Shown here: in pieces, positions 36,965-41,419 of the stretch
Layout: every line of letters starts with the position of its first letter
Position numbering within the stretch: position 1 is the first letter of the stretch
Assembly (NCBI GenBank): GCA_002269645.1
Contig: NIVC01001400.1
Location: 1 to 41,419, forward strand
DNA length: 41,419 nucleotides
Reading direction: 5' to 3'
Source: Macrostomum lignano
Lineage: Eukaryota
The notes under the pieces: model-generated
The model's input: only the letters and a program-made list of their open reading frames with translations
What the model was told of the DNA's origin: nothing
Database searches by the model: none
Made by a program: the position numbers and the translations under genes

Positions 36965-36999
36965 CAGTATTCAACACTAACGGTAACGGGGTGCGACAT
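36965..36999 (-). CDS. MIEN1: Exon 1 of Rdx/MIEN1 paralog 1 (MSHPVTVSVEY-C)
   Basis: ATG at 36999; ends TAC TG|GTAAG; phase 2 fits exon 2; homologous to paralog 2 exon 1. Spliced product is 100 aa with Sec at position 16. Confidence 0.85.
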
Positions 37000-37365
37000 C
37001 GTAAACGACGTAAAGTAACTTCTGTCTCTAAGAATGTTAAGGTTTATTTAATATTTTATTATGATGCGTTGCCGTTTCCTTATTTTTTTAGCACTGAAAA
37101 TTCATTTTATATAAAAACTGTATTACCGCGATAAAAACAAACATAAAAGTTAACAAATGTTTCCGCAAAATGTAAAAACCAAAAGCATTTTTAATACAGA
37201 ACAAAGTCAGAAAACTGTATTACTACATTATGTAAAATTTAGTTAGCGTAAAGCATGTTAAAGGTAAAGGAAAAACGCATACATGTTTTGTATGTAATAG
37301 ATGCATGCGTAAAAAAGGTGTATTCATTTTTATATTTTTAAGGCAATTAAATATTTATTATAAAA

Positions 37366-37680
37366 TGTTTTAGCCCAGTGGTTGAGCGTCAAACTCACGA
37401 CTTGAAGGTTGGGGATTCGATTCCCGATCCCACTGGAACAATTTTGTGTGCAGCACGATCAAGAAGATATTTTACATGTAAACTCTGCATTTATTTGCTT
37501 CAGTTCACCCAGCTGTAAAATTGGTGCCAGCATTAGCTGGGGTAATTCAGGGTGTGTGGCGACCCCAGTCCTTAATTGGACTGAACGCAGTCTTCAGATG
37601 CGCCGCAAAATAGCTGCGGCGGAGCTGTCGGTTGCACATCTGGCCATAAGCTAGGCCGGTGTAAATCAGCTCAATTCAAT
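37366..37680 (+). mobile_element. tRNA-derived SINE
   Basis: A-box TAGCCCAGTGG (37371), B-box-like GATTCGATTCC, and central CAGTTCACCCAGCTGTAAAATTGGTGCC resembling conserved invertebrate SINE core domains. Confidence 0.65.
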
Positions 37681-38278
37681 CTCGATGAAGCATAATGCAG
37701 CAGACTGCAGACAGCTTTAACATTTGATAAGATTTTTTGACATTTGAATACAATGTATTAAAGTTCAGTCTGTATAATTTTGCATGACAAGAGTATATAA
37801 TCATATTTTACACTTTAGCCATCAAATTTGTACGGTTATCTTTTAATGGAAAATTCCTAGAGTTAATAAAAACGCTGGTGTAGGACATGCAAATTAAATG
37901 TTTCTGTCAGATTTACACATGTAAGCTGAAAAAATAGTATTTCCTTCTGTATTTTTGCGTGTGGTCGCCATGCAATATTACTGCCAACCAGCTGCCCGTC
38001 AAGATATCACCACAAAGATCTTCACATCAGAGCAACACTGCTCGCACTAATCTTAAAATCTACGATGTACGAGTACCCTACCCAGAGCAGTTGTCTCTCC
38101 AGAGGCACTGCTCCGAACTTCTCCGATGCACCGCGCAGCTGCCGCCGTGTCTCCTGCCGTCTCTGTCTAGACTCCGCTTTCGTCCCTGCTGGCACCGCCT
38201 CCACAGGGCCCTCTTCAGCACAGCTGCTACAAGCTAGCCCAGGAAGACAGTGATAACATCGAACTCCGCTGCCTGCAA

Positions 38279-38552
38279 TGATACCATCAAAGGCCATGAT
38301 ACCATCGTTTAATGTAGCTCTCTGACATACCATCGAAGGCCATGATACCATCGTTTATGTAGCTCTCTGCCATACCATCGAAGGCAATGACACCATAGTT
38401 TAATGTAGCTCTCTGCCATACCATCGAAGGCAATGACACCATAGTTTAATGTAGCTCTCTGCCAACCATCGAAGGCAATGACACCATAGTTTAATGTAGC
38501 TCTCTGCCATACCATCGAAGGCAATGACACCATAGTTTAATGTAGCTCTCTG
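38279..38552. repeat. 46-bp minisatellite (ATACCATCGAAGGCAATGACACCATAGTTTAATGTAGCTCTCTGCC)n
   Basis: About 6 units. Confidence 0.9.
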
Positions 38553-39425
38553 GGAACGTACAAAGAGCGCGCGGCCTTGACGGAAATCAGCAACCGCCCT
38601 TTGACCTCAGTGACCCGTCACCAGCTTCTTCAGCCGGAGCAATGGCTCCGATCCTGCTGCTCAGACCGATCTCTGCCGCCTCTCCTGTTAACCCGGAGTT
38701 GACGTCAACGCCTTACCTCGCCTCCATGACCCGCGATGATGCAGCAGAACCAGCACCTGATGCAACAGCTCGCTAGCTGCCACCGTCCGTCCAGCCTCGA
38801 CACCAGCTGCCTCAACGCCCGCATCAGATGCCACGATCCGACCGGGCTCATCCGCTCCACCATTCTCAAGAACGTGCTTCTCCCGACCTTCGACGGTACG
38901 GACCCTGCTGCATTTCCGGGCTTCTGGGATGCCTTCGTTTACCGCGTCGACCGCTCCAGCCTCAAAGACGTCGACAAATTTGAGGCACTCCGCGGTTTGC
39001 TCTCCGGCTCCGCTCTCAAGAATCTCGGTGCCCTCGACGCCTGCCAACCGGGCGCCTACGTGGAGGACTGCTGCGTGTCCTCCAGGCCAACTACGCCGAC
39101 ACGCAGGAGAAAAAGAACGCCTCCTTCCAGCGTCTCCTCGCCTTTCACTTCAGCTCTGCCTCCGACTTGGGTGAGCTCAAGGAATTCACAGACGCCCTCC
39201 ACCTGGCCACCGGCCAGCTCCTCCGCCTCGGCGAGCTTGCCTGCACCCTCGACAGCTACGTCTACGCGCTCTGGAGCCGCCTGCCGCTTGAATTCCAGAG
39301 CGAGATCCGCAATATTCCTGCTTCTAACAGGCAGCCTCTCATGCCCAAGATGGCAGAGCTCCAGGAGCATCTCGACTGACAGCTTAGGACCCTCAGAGCC
39401 GTCTCAGCCACAGTGCCAGCTGCGC
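38553..39425 (+). pseudogene. Decayed BEL/Pao-type LTR retrotransposon gag fragment (DUF1759-like)
   Basis: LPTFDGTDPAAFPGFWDAFVYRVDRSSLKDVDKFEALRGLLSGSA matches the LP.F.G....W..FWD.F...K..L...L.G.A pattern. Frameshift near 39065, stop at 39377-39379, no pol downstream. Confidence 0.7.
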
Positions 39426-39859
39426 CCTTTCTTCCATTTTAAAGTTATCTTTTAACTTTCTTCTAATTAACAAATTTTTAAGCTAACTTGCCCTAACTAT
39501 AGTATATTTTTTCTAATTTAAGCATAATGTACATATCTTTAATGGTCCACAAGTCAAGCAAACTATTTAGTATTTTTATTCTTTTTTTAAGTAGCCCTTC
39601 ATAAAAAAGCCGCTAGAAAAGTATTCAACCTTGATATTAAAAGTAGCGCAGCATGCGACTGCACGAAGCAAAAAATGAACTATGTTTCAAGATACATGTA
39701 TATTTGATGCCGAATAAATCAAAAGTTACTTTTAAGACACTTTTCTGCCACAACTTATTTTCTTTCTTTCTCCTTTTATAAACGTAACTTTTTCACAGTT
39801 TTTTTGTTTAAATGAAACCAAAAAAACCAACGCGCGCACAGACTCAGCCAGATACGTGT

Positions 39860-39937
39860 GTCAGACAGGTGGCGCCCATCCGGTGCGATGCTGCGGACGG
39901 TTCCAATTAGGATTTTAACGCCGAGGCCTGTCGTCAT
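39860..39937 (-). promoter_or_regulatory. SECIS-like element in the 3' UTR of Rdx/MIEN1 paralog 2
   Basis: AUGAC-GACAGG...CCUGUC-UGAC, with helix I (CCAGA/UCUGG, CGU/ACG) below the quartet and unpaired AAAA. Confidence 0.75.
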
Positions 39938-40120
39938 ACGTCTGGGCACGCGCTGGTTTTTCTATTTGTTTTTGTTTCTGAATTCAATTTATGCTACTAT
40001 TTAGTCTACTTAAAGTAGAAATATACATTTCAAATATCAAAATCTGTTTATTCATTGAAAAAAAGACTTCGTTTATGAGAGAGAAATCAAGAAAATTAAG
40101 TAAAAACGAAGCCAATAGCG

Positions 40121-40390
40121 CTACAATAGATGACATCCACAACCTCCGCTATCTGATCCCAGCTTCTTAGGCTTCACACCATTCGTGGCTTTCCTCACAT
40201 CGTCGATCACCTGTTTCTCAACGGGGAAACAGCGCATCTTCAGCTTAGAGAAAATCAATTGGCCATTGACTGTCACCTCGTAAGCGCCCCGACGACCAGC
40301 AACACCGGATACCTGAACCCCGCTGGGCACGCGCTGAGAATTGCTTCGCGCAGGTGTTCATAGCGGGGTTCGTAGTCTCATTGGACGCTG
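40121..40390 (-). CDS. MIEN1: Exon 2 of MIEN1/SelW2-like selenoprotein paralog 2 (Sec UGA at 40380-40378; 1-bp deletion at 40325-40327)
   Basis: (C)SVQ-UGA-DYEPRYEHLREAILSAC[fs]PSGVQVSGVAGRRGAYEVTVNGQLIFSKLKMRCFPVEKQVIDDVRKATNG...GGCGCHLL*. GGG here versus GGGG in paralog 1, so either a pseudogene or a consensus error. Confidence 0.8.
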
Positions 40391-40579
40391 CTGTAAGGTT
40401 GGGGGGAGGGGAATTATAGATGATCAGTAGAGATTTTGCTGTATTACGCAGTACATGTGTGAAGTTGTTACGCAGCGATGTAAATGTACATCTACCTACC
40501 GACAGACCACTTTTAGTATATGGAAACTTTGAATAAACTACATGTACATGTAGCTTCTGACCTCTCATACTTGATATAT

Positions 40580-40822
40580 CTGAGCAATTCCCCCAGTAAC
40601 CCTCGACATCGCAGCAATTCCGCCCGTAAGCCATGACATCTCAGCAATTCCCCCAGTAACCCTTGGCATCTCAGCAATTCCCCCACTAACCCTTGGCATC
40701 TCAGCAATTCCCCCAGTAACCCTTGGCATCTCAGCAATTCCCCAGTAACCCTTGGCATCTCAGCAATTCCCCAGTAACCCTTGACATCTCAGCAATTCCC
40801 CAGTAACCCTTGACATCACAGC
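40580..40822. repeat. 30-bp minisatellite (CAGCAATTCCCCCAGTAACCCTTGGCATCT)n in the paralog 2 intron
   Basis: About 8 units. Confidence 0.92.
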
Positions 40823-40944
40823 ACCTCGTGTTAGTAGTCAATGTCGCAATCAAATTTACTGTCTAAAAAAGACAATCTATATACATGTACGTATACTGAG
40901 ATAAATGAAACTCTCTAAAAATAAAACATAGGCTGATGACTTAC

Positions 40945-40979
40945 CAGTATTCGACACTAACATTGACGGTGTTTGGCAT
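40945..40979 (-). CDS. MIEN1: Exon 1 of Rdx/MIEN1 paralog 2 (MPNTVNVSVEY-C)
   Basis: ATG at 40979; TAC TG|GTAAG donor; 35 nt, same length as paralog 1 exon 1. Confidence 0.85.
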
Positions 40980-41419
40980 CGTAAATAGCAGCTTTTGAAA
41001 GCTATATTAATTGTAGAAAATTCAGTCTGCAAAGCGTTTTACGATTTGAGCAACTTTTGAGAACAGATTAAATTTAATTTCGTGTCTAACAATTTAACAA
41101 AGAAAGAGTGAATGTCTATGTCACGTGCTGGTCAAGCCTATGAATTAATTAGTACGAACATAAGTAGAGAATCTATGTCAGCACTGAGAGAGTTTTTTAG
41201 CGTGGCCTTACAATACTTTTACAACGAAGAAATTATAAATGTAAAAAGGCAGCAGGTCTTTTATAAAAGGAATAAAAAATGAAACTTTTTAAAAATCTTA
41301 TACAACTGCATGAGAACAAAATTGTACCATACATTTTGTAGAGTAACTTACATACAATTACTACTGACATGTATTCTGACCGAATGTCACCCTCTGGGAT
41401 CTGGGATCTAGATCTGGAT

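Noticed and set aside
37366-37440. Functional tRNA gene
   Set aside because: No complete cloverleaf or acceptor stem is evident, and it continues into a SINE-like body.

Overview
Eukaryotic (invertebrate animal) genomic DNA, rich in simple repeats and minisatellites. The repeat style suggests a flatworm such as Macrostomum, but that is an unverified inference. Host genes: (1) a two-exon four-TM claudin/PMP22-like gene on the minus strand (2020-3063) with a 1-bp frameshift; (2) a four-exon FANK1 gene (FN3 + ankyrins, 369 aa, plus strand, 9133-28500) whose 16.8-kb second intron is almost entirely a 27-bp minisatellite; (3) two tandem minus-strand MIEN1/SelW2-type Rdx selenoprotein paralogs (30175-36999 and 40121-40979), each with an in-frame UGA, a CaaX tail and a conserved 3' SECIS-like structure. 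Main highlights: a cleanly bounded ~3.96-kb DIRS/Ngaro-type retroelement inserted without a TSD into the minisatellite. It has an intact SAP/zinc-finger Gag and an RT-RNase H joined by an apparent -1 ribosomal frameshift (A_AAA_AAC) through a long Pro-Ala-Ala-Gly repeat linker, but no tyrosine recombinase, no LTR or split repeats, and hairpin/asymmetric inverted-repeat ends. The selenoprotein pair has a non-canonical CxxxU motif and a branched (three-way junction) SECIS candidate. Also present: a tRNA-derived SINE, an LTR-like fragment with tandem PBS-like motifs, a decayed BEL/Pao gag, and many micro- and minisatellites. Most long ORFs in the supplied track are repeat artefacts.
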